Assembly: GCA_003158835.1 (NCBI GenBank)
Contig: PMLI01000351.1
Location: forward strand, 1-37,377
DNA length: 37,377 nt
Direction of reading: 5' to 3'
Source: Acidimicrobiaceae bacterium
GTDB lineage: Bacteria; Actinomycetota; Acidimicrobiia; Acidimicrobiales; Palsa-688
Under the pieces are notes generated by a model, which searched no databases, was not told the origin of the DNA, and worked only from the letters and a program-made list of their open reading frames with translations. Made by a program: the position numbers and the translations under genes. This document shows positions 30,578 to 37,377 of the stretch, piece after piece. Position 1 is the first letter of the stretch. Each line of letters opens with the position of its first letter.

Positions 30578-30607
30578 ACGGTATCTCGCCATGCGCGGAT
30601 TTTGCAA
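30578..30607 (-). promoter_or_regulatory. weak sigma70-like promoter candidate
   Basis: TTGCAA (30602-30607)-18 nt-TACCGT (30578-30583) on the minus strand, starting 4 nt after the upstream stop. The -10 is poor. Confidence 0.25.
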
Positions 30608-30611
30608 CATC

Positions 30612-31121
30612 TCACTTGTGGGCGTCAAGGCTTTTCCCTTTCGCCGGCCGGACAGTCAGCAGCACCGGCCACACGGTGTCGTCGGAGAACGCGAACTTCA
30701 TCCCGGCCCATAAAGTTTTCCCCTCCGGGCCATTCTCCCCTTTGTCGAACGCCTCCCGCGCGACGCGGCACAGCCAGGCGTGGATCCCCTCGCCGGTCCG
30801 CTTGCGGTCCTCGTGCCAGAAATGCCGACAGTAGATGGAGGCCCGGTCGATGGCGTGGCCGCTGACCTCGAGCGTGGGGAGCGTGGTGCCCCGTCGGGCG
30901 AGCTCCCGTTCCGCCAGCGCGGCGTGCTGTATCTTCGCGCCAATCATCCAAGTCAGGTATGAAACCGGAACCCGGACCAGGCGCACGCCCTTGTGGCGCC
31001 CGAATGGCATCACGAAAGCGTGCAGGTCCTGGTCCGGGTCGGGCGCGCGGCCCGGCGCGAACGGAGCGGGCGGCGCCGGCCTGGGCGTCACCCGCTCCGC
31101 GTTGAGGTCCGCCTCGGTCAT
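30612..31121 (-). CDS. DUF3820-like domain protein (169 aa)
   Basis: MPFGRHKGVRLVRVPVSYLTWM matches the FGKxKG...YLxW motif of DUF3820 / exonuclease X C-terminal-like domains. It forms an ATGA overlap with the upstream gene. Confidence 0.6.
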   Translation of the reverse strand: MTEADLNAERVTPRPAPPAPFAPGRAPDPDQDLHAFVMPFGRHKGVRLVRVPVSYLTWMIGAKIQHAALAERELARRGTTLPTLEVSGHAIDRASIYCRHFWHEDRKRTGEGIHAWLCRVAREAFDKGENGPEGKTLWAGMKFAFSDDTVWPVLLTVRPAKGKSLDAHK

Positions 31122-31501
31122 CGCTGCTTCTTGACCTCGAGCTTCTCCTGTGGAGCGCTCACGTTGAAGACGTAGGTGACGCCGTTCTCGCGCAGGGCGA
31201 ACCCGGTCCGGCCCTCGTCGCGGAGCTCGATCATGATGTCCTGCTTCGTCTTGTCCTGGCGCTCGGTCGCGGCCGTCTTGGCGAGGTCGTCCTGGATGAA
31301 CAGGTCGGCCAGCTTCCGCAGGCGCGAGGCCTCGGGCATCCCGGGCAGGTCCATCTGGTCCTTGGCGAACACGACCTGTTTACCGTCGAGGATCAGCGCG
31401 ACCTTCCCCTCCTCCAGCGGCTCGGGCGGGATGTCTTTTCCCGCGACCACGACGCCTCCGACGGTGATGGTCTCGATGATGGGTTCTTCTACTTTAGGCA
31501 T
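31118..31501 (-). CDS. hypothetical protein (127 aa)
   Basis: The ATG overlaps the RusA stop by 8 nt. The sequence is balanced: MPKVEEPIIETITVGGVVVAGKDIPPEPLEEGK... Confidence 0.65.
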   Translation of the reverse strand: MPKVEEPIIETITVGGVVVAGKDIPPEPLEEGKVALILDGKQVVFAKDQMDLPGMPEASRLRKLADLFIQDDLAKTAATERQDKTKQDIMIELRDEGRTGFALRENGVTYVFNVSAPQEKLEVKKQR

Positions 31502-31850
31502 GGTTTTCTCCTTGGATGTTTTCGACCTCGATCTCCACGCGCGGGCGGGCCTTGTCGTCCCTGCGGTGGAGGTGCAGCTCTACGATCTGCGAGTCGTCGG
31601 CCCAGGCGACCCCCTTCAAAGCGTCCAGCACGGCCTTCGCGGTGTTGTCCAGGTCTCCGACGCGGCGCGGACGGTACGCCCAGATGCTGACGACCAGCGG
31701 GCCGGCCTGGGGGCGGACGCGCTGCTCGAGGGCGCGGTACCCCTGCCGGTCGCGGTAGGCCCGGCCCTCGCGGGACACGAGGACCCGCCCCCCCACCGCC
31801 CGCCAGTAGCGGTTGACGGAGGGGGGGTAGTCCAGCTCGAACCGGGTCAC
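31494..31850 (-). CDS. rusA: RusA-family Holliday junction resolvase (118 aa)
   Basis: Track ORF 31494..32864 trimmed to GTG 31848-31850 (GTGA overlap). PPSVNRYW...VGDLDNTAKAVLDALKGVAWADDSQIV matches the RusA signature. Confidence 0.85.
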   Translation of the reverse strand: MTRFELDYPPSVNRYWRAVGGRVLVSREGRAYRDRQGYRALEQRVRPQAGPLVVSIWAYRPRRVGDLDNTAKAVLDALKGVAWADDSQIVELHLHRRDDKARPRVEIEVENIQGENHA

Positions 31851-33229
31851 CCGGCCTTGGCCTTCGCGGCCTGCTCCTGCCCCCACCGCTTCTCGGCGGC
31901 CTTCGCGGCCTTCCCGGCGATCTTGTCCTGGTCGAGCACCAGGTCCTCGAGGCACTCGGACGTCGCGGCCAGGCGAACCAGGAGCTGCTGCGCCAAGGCC
32001 TTGTTGGTCGTCCCCTCCATCTCGGGCCAGGGCATGAGCGCCCGCTGGACCATACGCCACTGGGCGGGCGTGAAGTCGAACCGGGAACCCTCGACCGTCT
32101 CGGCGACGGCCTGGTGCAACGCCTTGGTGACCTCCTCCTCGACGAACCGCTGCTGCGCGTACGAGGCTCCAGCTGGGGCGCGGGAGGGCTGCTGCGTGTC
32201 CGTCTTCTCGAGGACCTTCCGGTCCAGGCACACCAGGGCGTGGGTCATCTTCTCCCCGGCCCCGCGCGGGGCGACGACGGCCCAGCCGAACTTCTCCGGC
32301 TGCGCCTTGACCAGTTTCGCCACCTGGCGCGGCAGGTCCGCGTTCAGGACGAGGGCGCGCTTCACGCCCTCGAGGCCCCCGGCGTAGTCGGGGCGGTGGA
32401 CGCCCAGGTATTGGATGCCGGGGTAGTCCGCCGCGCAGCCCTTGGAGTACTCGTCGGTGAAGTGGGCCGTCTTCTTCTGGTAGCAGGGCGGGTTGGAGCA
32501 GTGCCCCTTCTCCGCGCCGTCGAACAGGTTCCCCTGGTTCCCACTGTTGAACGGGCAGGCGCTGCAGGCGACCTCGCCCGCGAAGGCCTTGCCCTTGGGG
32601 AAGACCGCCGAGCCGAGGTCGGCGCCGAACTGCCGCTCGATGTGGTCCTTGAGCTCGCGCACCGGGAACCCGTCGAGGTAGTGGCGGGCCTGCGCGACGG
32701 CGTAGGCGACCAACTCCTCGCGCGCCTCCGCGGGCGCTCGGAGGATCTGGTGCCCGTGCGCCGGCGTCAGCGTCCCGTCCTCGACGGCGGCCAGCGCGGC
32801 TTCGGGCAGATCCATCAGGTGAATGGCGCGGTAGACGTAGGTGGCCGACTTCCCGACCCGGCACGCCAGCGTCTCGACGGTGTAGTTGCCGGCCGCCAGC
32901 AGCGCGTTGAGCCCGCGGGCCTCCTCGACGGGGCCCAGGTCCACGCGGTGCAGGTTCTCGAGCATCTGGATCTCGGCGGCGCCCTTCTCGTCCACGTCCA
33001 TGATGCGGGCGGGGATCTTCTCCAGCCCGGCCGCGCGGGCCGCGCGGAGGCGGCGTTCTCCCGCGATCAGCTGGTAGTGGTCGTCCACGCGCCGGACCAG
33101 GATCGGCTCCAGCACGTCGAACTGCTTGACGCTCGCCGTCAGCTCGGCCATCTTCGCCTCGTCGAAGTGGCGCCGCGCGTTCGCGGCCACCACCACGTCC
33201 TGCAACTTCAAGTCCTTCGTCTCGGTCAT
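31847..33229 (-). CDS. ParB/Spo0J-like protein (N-terminal ParB domain with GERR motif, C-terminal Cys-containing domain) (460 aa)
   Basis: Track ORF 31847..34420 trimmed to ATG 33227-33229 (ATGA overlap with the helicase). PILVRRVDDHYQLIAGERRLRAARAAGLEKIPA is the conserved ParB box. CSACPF...HCSNPPC lies in the C-terminal half. Confidence 0.8.
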   Translation of the reverse strand: MTETKDLKLQDVVVAANARRHFDEAKMAELTASVKQFDVLEPILVRRVDDHYQLIAGERRLRAARAAGLEKIPARIMDVDEKGAAEIQMLENLHRVDLGPVEEARGLNALLAAGNYTVETLACRVGKSATYVYRAIHLMDLPEAALAAVEDGTLTPAHGHQILRAPAEAREELVAYAVAQARHYLDGFPVRELKDHIERQFGADLGSAVFPKGKAFAGEVACSACPFNSGNQGNLFDGAEKGHCSNPPCYQKKTAHFTDEYSKGCAADYPGIQYLGVHRPDYAGGLEGVKRALVLNADLPRQVAKLVKAQPEKFGWAVVAPRGAGEKMTHALVCLDRKVLEKTDTQQPSRAPAGASYAQQRFVEEEVTKALHQAVAETVEGSRFDFTPAQWRMVQRALMPWPEMEGTTNKALAQQLLVRLAATSECLEDLVLDQDKIAGKAAKAAEKRWGQEQAAKAKAG

Positions 33230-35265
33230 CGTGTCCCTCCCAGTTTGGCGATCAGGTCGCCCATGATGTTGCCCTTCTGCTCGACGGCCTGCCCGTCGGT
33301 CGCCGCCGTCACGACCACCCGCTTCTCGTCGATGAGCGCGATGATCCACTCGTCGATGGTCTTCTCCGCCGCTAGGTACCACGCCGTGACCTGGTCGGTC
33401 TGCCCGATCCGGTGCGCGCGGTCCTCGGCCTGGTCCATCTGCCCGGGGTTCCACCCGAACTCCACGAACGCCACGTTGCTGGCGGCGGTGAGGGTGAGCC
33501 CCACGCCGCCGGCCTGGATGTTCAGGACGATCACCCGACACGTCGGGTCCTGCTGGAACTTGTCCACGATCTGCTGGCGCTCGGCCAGCGGCGTCTCCCC
33601 GTAGATGCAGGGCGCCCCGAACCGCGCGGCCAGGTCCCGGACGACGTCCACGTGCGTTGCGAAGAGTATCAATTTCTCGCCGGACTGCAGGAAGTCCTCG
33701 ACCCACTGTTCGATCCCCGCCATCTTGCCCCGGGCGGCCAGGCGCTTGAGGGCCTCGATCCGCACCAGCTGCTCGGCCGCGCGCGCCCGGTTGGCGGCCG
33801 CGTCGGCGTGGGCCTCCCGGTCCGCCTGGGACAGGAGCAGCAGCTCGTCGTTCTTGAGGGCCTGCTCCCGGATCCACTGGATGAGGTCCTCCTCCGCCCG
33901 GTCGTACTCCGGCCGGTTGTCGATGGCCAGCGGCACGACGGACCGTTGCTTGGGCGGCAGCTCGGTGAGGACGTCCGCCTTGTTCCGCCGGATGAAGCAC
34001 GTCGACCGCAGCCGGTGGTTCAGCTCCTCGAGGTTGGCGGCGCCCGCGGTGTCCACGCCGTGGTCCCCCCGGAAGGCCTGGCAGTACCGACGGACGAACT
34101 GCCAGTAGCCGCCGAACTCTTCGATGCGGCCGAGGAGCTCCAGCTGCGTCACCAGCTCGGACGGCCGGTTTAAGATGGGCGTCCCGGACAGCGCCAGGCG
34201 GACCTTGGCGACGGTGGCCAGGTCCTTGGCCGCCTCGGTGCGCTTGGCCTTCCGGGTCTTGAGGTAATGGCACTCGTCGAAGACCACGGCCGCCGGCGCC
34301 AGCGCCTTGAGCCGGTCCACCAGCTTGCCGAGGACGTCGTAGTTCACGACGACCACGTCCGCCGGCCAGCCGCCCCGGCTGTCCCAGATCGTGACGCGCT
34401 TGCCGGGGAGCCACTTGCACGCCTCGCGGTACCAGTTCACCTTGAGGGACGCGGGGCAGACCACGACGACGGGGAACGCGCCCATGGCTTGGCAGGCGGC
34501 CAGGGCCTGGACGGTCTTGCCGAGGCCCATCTCGTCCCCGATCAGGACGCGCTCGTTCTTCACGGCGTAGGCGACCCCGGCGCGCTGGAACGGGCGGAGC
34601 GTGCCGCCCAGGCCGGGCACGTCGATCTCGGCATCGGTCGCGCGGGACGCCTCGACGTTGGCCTTGGTCTCCTCGACCTTGGCCTGGAGCTTGTGGACCT
34701 CCGCGTGGATCTCGGGCGTGGCGACGAAGCCGTGCGTCTTCAGAAAGGGGAGGAGCTTCTCCAGGACGAAGGGCGTCCGAGGCACGGTCCAGGCCGTGGT
34801 GGCGGGCTCGAACATGGCGCCCGGGATGGCCTTCACGTCGGCCTTGATGCGGTGCCAGACGGCCGAGTCCGCGTCGCGGAACACCATGCCGAACTTGTCG
34901 TCGTCCCGGACGATCACCCGGCGGACCGGCGGGAATGCGGCGCGGTGGACCGCTTCGACCTCGGCCTGGCTCGGGCCGGGCGGGGCGTAAGGCGCGGCCT
35001 CGGGGGGCTCGGGGATGGCCGCGAAGTCGATCCCGGCGCGCTGCAGCTGCCCCTTATACTTGCGGAGCATATTCCAGGCGGCGCGGGCCTTGCGGGGAGA
35101 CCACGTGGCGGGGTCCTGGACGGCCAGGGCGTGGCCGAAGTCGCGGTCGTAGGAGTTGAACCCCTGGCCGTCCTGCTGGACGGCGCCGTCACAGGCGGTG
35201 GCTACCGCCCGGACGGCGCCGTGCAGGGACACGCGGACGTCGGTCGTGGTGTCGGTCTGGGGCAT
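33226..35265 (-). CDS. SNF2-family helicase (679 aa)
   Basis: LRPFQRAGV, DEMGLGKT (motif I), DECHYLK (motif II) and a C-terminal helicase domain with QAEDRAHRIGQ (motif VI). Confidence 0.9.
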   Translation of the reverse strand: MPQTDTTTDVRVSLHGAVRAVATACDGAVQQDGQGFNSYDRDFGHALAVQDPATWSPRKARAAWNMLRKYKGQLQRAGIDFAAIPEPPEAAPYAPPGPSQAEVEAVHRAAFPPVRRVIVRDDDKFGMVFRDADSAVWHRIKADVKAIPGAMFEPATTAWTVPRTPFVLEKLLPFLKTHGFVATPEIHAEVHKLQAKVEETKANVEASRATDAEIDVPGLGGTLRPFQRAGVAYAVKNERVLIGDEMGLGKTVQALAACQAMGAFPVVVVCPASLKVNWYREACKWLPGKRVTIWDSRGGWPADVVVVNYDVLGKLVDRLKALAPAAVVFDECHYLKTRKAKRTEAAKDLATVAKVRLALSGTPILNRPSELVTQLELLGRIEEFGGYWQFVRRYCQAFRGDHGVDTAGAANLEELNHRLRSTCFIRRNKADVLTELPPKQRSVVPLAIDNRPEYDRAEEDLIQWIREQALKNDELLLLSQADREAHADAAANRARAAEQLVRIEALKRLAARGKMAGIEQWVEDFLQSGEKLILFATHVDVVRDLAARFGAPCIYGETPLAERQQIVDKFQQDPTCRVIVLNIQAGGVGLTLTAASNVAFVEFGWNPGQMDQAEDRAHRIGQTDQVTAWYLAAEKTIDEWIIALIDEKRVVVTAATDGQAVEQKGNIMGDLIAKLGGTR

Positions 35266-35268
35266 GGG

Positions 35269-35790
35269 CTACTTGATGCGGACGTATTCCCCGCGTTCTC
35301 CGAGCCGGGCCTTCCCTTCCAGCTCGTGGTCCTGGGCTTCCAGCGCCGCGCGGATGGCGTCCTTGTCGAAGTCGACGGACTTCCGCTGGAACCGCTCCGG
35401 CAGGTCCTCCGCGCGCTCGATCAGGATCTCCAGCGGGTCCAGGCCCCCGGCCTTCTGGATGGCGATGGTGAACCGCTGGCCCTCGAGCTTCCGGGTCTTG
35501 AGCCGCTCCATGCTGAACTTCGCCAGCGCCAGGAGCCGGGATCCCCGGTTCTCCAGCGTGCGCTTCCGGTCGGAGAGGCGCTTGACCTCCTCTGCGATGG
35601 CCTTGGCGTCCGCTTCCAGGTTCTTGTACAGCGCCCCGTAGGCGTCGACCTTGTTGGCCATCTGCCACTGGAACTGCGAGGCCCAGGTCTCGAGCGTCTG
35701 CCCCTCGACGCCGGTGACGTCGCCGCCCAGTTCCTCGAGCAGCTTGTCGAGCGCGACCAGCTCCTCCGTCAGGTCGTAGAGGGAGCTCAT
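35269..35790 (-). CDS. Sipho_Gp157-like protein (173 aa)
   Basis: The N-terminus MSSLYDLTEELVALDKLLEELGGD and the overall helical pattern (KRLSDRKRTLENR) resemble the siphovirus Gp157 family, which is commonly linked to Sak4/SNF2 modules. It forms an ATGA overlap with the upstream gene. Confidence 0.6.
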   Translation of the reverse strand: MSSLYDLTEELVALDKLLEELGGDVTGVEGQTLETWASQFQWQMANKVDAYGALYKNLEADAKAIAEEVKRLSDRKRTLENRGSRLLALAKFSMERLKTRKLEGQRFTIAIQKAGGLDPLEILIERAEDLPERFQRKSVDFDKDAIRAALEAQDHELEGKARLGERGEYVRIK

Positions 35791-36836
35791 GCCGGCACCG
35801 CCGCCGGGCGCGGGACCGTCGCCAGGGCGATGATGACGCAGCCGTTCGCGTAGGCGTCGTAGGTGATGTTGACGGTCAGGCCCGCCTTCAGCGCGACGTC
35901 GGCCGCGGCCACGAACTCCGGCACGTCGGTCTTCATCTCGGTGGGGCCCTCGGTGTCGTAGGTCATGATCTTCCAGGCCTTCCCGGCGTTGTTCGGCTTG
36001 TCGTAGGGCGTGATGAGGGAGACGTTGAAGACGCCCTGCAGCCTGGTGGGCGGGGCCGGGGCCTTGGCGGGCGGCGGCGCGGCGGCGACCGGTGCGGCAG
36101 CGGGCGGCGCCTCGACCTGCTCGGGCTTGCCGCTCATGCGCCAGTCGAGGAGCAACTTCCCGGTGTCCTTGGTCGGCTTGAAGATGGCGCCGTCGAACAT
36201 GGCCGTGCGGTCCTTGGAGACTTGGGCGCTGTGGTCCATGCCCAGGTCGAAGACGACGGTGAACTCGTATTCCATCCCCTCCCGCTGCACCGGGGCCAGG
36301 CCGACCTTCCGGGGCGCGCTCTTGCCCTTGTCGTTCTGCTCGATGACGTAGTCCTGCTTGGACCGCATCGCGCAGATCAGGTGGATCTTGTTCGACAGGA
36401 TGATGGCCTTCAGCTGCTCGTGCTCCTTGGTGATGCCGGCCCAGTTGGTGTAGCTGTTGCCGCCCCGGGTGTCGAGCGCCTCCTTCTTCTGGAGCAGTCC
36501 GCCCTCCCCGGCCCAGGCGTGGGACAGCGAGTCCACGAACAGGACCGCGTAGCCGCCGTCGTAGGCCTCCTGCATGGCGGTGACGTACTTGGGCGTGGTG
36601 TAGGGCGGGTCGATCTTCAGGTGGTCGAACTCGAAGCGGTCCGCGTAGTCGAGCGCCGACCCGTTCTCCGTGTCGATCACCGCGATCCCTTTGCCGGTGT
36701 CCAGGCCCATATTCTTCATGCCCTCGATGATCCCCTGGGCGATCAATAGCCCGGAGAACGTCTTGCCGCCCCCCGACGGCGCCGTCAGCGCGATCCGCAG
36801 ACGGCCCTGCCTCTTGTCAGCTTTTTGGAACGCCAT
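35787..36836 (-). CDS. Sak4-like RecA-fold ATPase (AAA_24 family) with Pro/Ala linker and extra C-terminal domain (349 aa)
   Basis: Walker A APSGGGKT and Walker B-like VLFVDSLSH, with a typical AAA_24 core. A linker APPAAAPVAAAPPPAKAPAPP precedes an ~85-aa C-terminal domain. GAGGGAGGA lies upstream of the ATG. Confidence 0.75.
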   Translation of the reverse strand: MAFQKADKRQGRLRIALTAPSGGGKTFSGLLIAQGIIEGMKNMGLDTGKGIAVIDTENGSALDYADRFEFDHLKIDPPYTTPKYVTAMQEAYDGGYAVLFVDSLSHAWAGEGGLLQKKEALDTRGGNSYTNWAGITKEHEQLKAIILSNKIHLICAMRSKQDYVIEQNDKGKSAPRKVGLAPVQREGMEYEFTVVFDLGMDHSAQVSKDRTAMFDGAIFKPTKDTGKLLLDWRMSGKPEQVEAPPAAAPVAAAPPPAKAPAPPTRLQGVFNVSLITPYDKPNNAGKAWKIMTYDTEGPTEMKTDVPEFVAAADVALKAGLTVNITYDAYANGCVIIALATVPRPAAVPA

Positions 36837-36872
36837 CGTCTTCCTCCCTCACTGCATTTTTACGGCATCGTC

Positions 36873-36919
36873 AAATAAAGAAGCCGGGATGCCTCCCCCC
36901 AAAGGTAGGCACCCCGGCT
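36873..36919 (-). terminator. Rho-independent terminator between the early promoter and the Sak4 gene
   Basis: On the minus strand, AGCCGGGGUGCCU pairs with AGGCAUCCCGGCU (13 bp including one G-U) around a 12-nt loop. The tail is UCUUUAUUU. It ends 37 nt upstream of the Sak4 ATG. Confidence 0.75.
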
Positions 36920-37089
36920 CACAAGTTCTCCCGCCCCAGGGACTGCAGAGGGAGATGAATCTCCGCATCGGCCGCCCGGCCGCCCTGGGGAGGAAGAGGA
37001 AACCCCGCGGGCTCGGTGAAAAGGCGCGGGGTCGTGGAATGGATCATCGCTCATCTCCTGCCCGCGGGCGCGGGGTAGTTTCGTGGAAC
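36873..37089 (-). ncRNA. candidate ~215-nt structured leader RNA or sRNA
   Basis: It is bounded by the promoter at 37096-37124 and the terminator at 36873-36919. GC hairpins lie at 37061-37074, 37003-37031 and 36951-36964. The only ORF here (36860..37105) has mixed third-position composition and non-protein-like sequence. Confidence 0.35.
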
Positions 37090-37095
37090 TCGGGA

Positions 37096-37124
37096 AATGT
37101 ACCAAACGAGGCCCCCCGCGTCAA
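37096..37124 (-). promoter_or_regulatory. strong sigma70-type promoter (extended -10, phased upstream T-tracts)
   Basis: The minus strand reads TTGACG (37119-37124)-17 nt-TACATT (37096-37101) with TGG immediately upstream of the -10. Two T6 tracts 11 bp apart (37129-37134, 37140-37145) lie just upstream of the -35. Confidence 0.65.
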
Positions 37125-37168
37125 CCGGAAAAAACCTGGAAAAAATCCGGGGACGCGGCGGGCGGGGG

Positions 37169-37377
37169 TCAGCCGAAGTCGGCGAGCTTGACGCGGAGGC
37201 GGCGCAGGAGTTGGGCCTGGTCCCGGTCGTCGAGGATGCCCGCCAGCTCCACCGCCGCGAGGAGGGCGGGCCGACGGTCGAGGTAGGCCAAGTCGTCGAC
37301 GACGCCGGTCCGGTCCCCGGCCAGCCACCGGGCGTAGAAGTCGCGCGCGAGGCAACTCGCCGACCAGGGCCTCGGCG
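37169..37377 (-). CDS. hypothetical protein, C-terminal part (ORF enters from the right edge)
   Basis: The frame ending at TGA 37169-37171 reads ...LARDFYARWLAGDRTGVVDDLAYLDRRPALLAAVELAGILDDRDQAQLLRRLRVKLADFG with nearly all third positions G/C. There is no start codon in the window, so it is absent from the ORF track. Confidence 0.55.
   Translation of the reverse strand, partial: PRPWSASCLARDFYARWLAGDRTGVVDDLAYLDRRPALLAAVELAGILDDRDQAQLLRRLRVKLADFG

Larger units (their letters stand above)
1..37377. mobile_element. tailed dsDNA phage genome (siphovirus-like, HK97-type head module), probably complete
   Basis: The window holds single copies of terminase small and large subunits, portal, prohead protease, HK97-fold capsid, connector/terminator proteins, tube, tape measure, distal tail and fibre genes and a lysis cassette. 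It also has an early replication/recombination/methylase region. All are tightly packed on the minus strand. The first and last 10 nt of the window are identical. Confidence 0.85.

Noticed and set aside
30505-30592. Possible tRNA. An 84-nt segment is closed by an 11-bp helix (GGCGAGAUACC/GGUGUCUCGCC) with an internal GGGGU-UCGUCUU-ACCCC hairpin reminiscent of a T-arm.
   Set aside because: No D-arm or anticodon-arm pairing could be drawn. The T-loop lacks the canonical closing pair and there is no CCA or discriminator context. It is treated as part of the structured leader instead.
36860-37355. ORFs 36860..37105 (81 aa) and 37044..37355 (103 aa) in the large non-coding region.
   Set aside because: Third-position composition is mixed and the sequence is Arg/Pro/Gly/Ser-rich. 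The first starts inside the promoter -10 region and contains the terminator. The second reads through the promoter and is the wrong frame of the right-edge gene.

Overview
The window looks like a complete, GC-rich tailed dsDNA phage genome, roughly two-thirds G+C by eye. It is siphovirus-like, with a tape measure and no sheath. Every well-supported gene is on the minus strand.

Gene order, reading the minus strand from high to low coordinates:
- A strong sigma70-type promoter, a structured leader and a terminator (37124-36873).
- A recombination/replication module: Sak4-like ATPase, Gp157-like protein, SNF2 helicase, ParB, RusA, an O-like initiator carrying internal iterons, and a DnaC-like loader.
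- A block of small ORFans.
- A DNA-modification cluster: C5-methyltransferase, DUF1937-like protein, a Cys-rich miniprotein and a ParB-methyltransferase fusion.
- Packaging and head genes: TerS, TerL, a portal-MuF fusion, prohead protease and an HK97-type capsid protein.
- Connector proteins, tail tube, tape measure, Dit/Tal-like proteins and fibres.
- A lysis cassette, followed by a strong terminator (2001-2045).
- A leaderless RHH-HNH/AP2 cassette.
- A promoter-driven operon of small genes that runs off the left edge.

The first and last 10 nt of the window are identical, which fits circular closure. I saw no integrase, transposase, tRNA, rRNA or CRISPR array.

Many supplied track ORFs are over-extended into upstream genes. 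I trimmed starts to ATG/GTG/TTG codons that have a Shine-Dalgarno sequence or a 4-nt ATGA/GTGA stop-start overlap, a pattern that recurs more than 20 times. All family assignments come from motif recognition by eye; no searches were run.

Most interesting observations:
- Two promoter-proximal structured RNA/terminator regions, which suggests antitermination control or sRNAs.
- An iteron array inside the initiator gene.
- A lysis cassette with no recognisable Rz/Rz1, but with an unusual protein that has an N-terminal TM segment and an OMP-like C-terminus.
- Sec signal peptides on a tailspike-like depolymerase and on a protein inserted in the head operon.
- A ferredoxin-motif miniprotein translationally coupled to the ParB-methyltransferase.
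- A G9 homopolymer inside the C5-methyltransferase gene.
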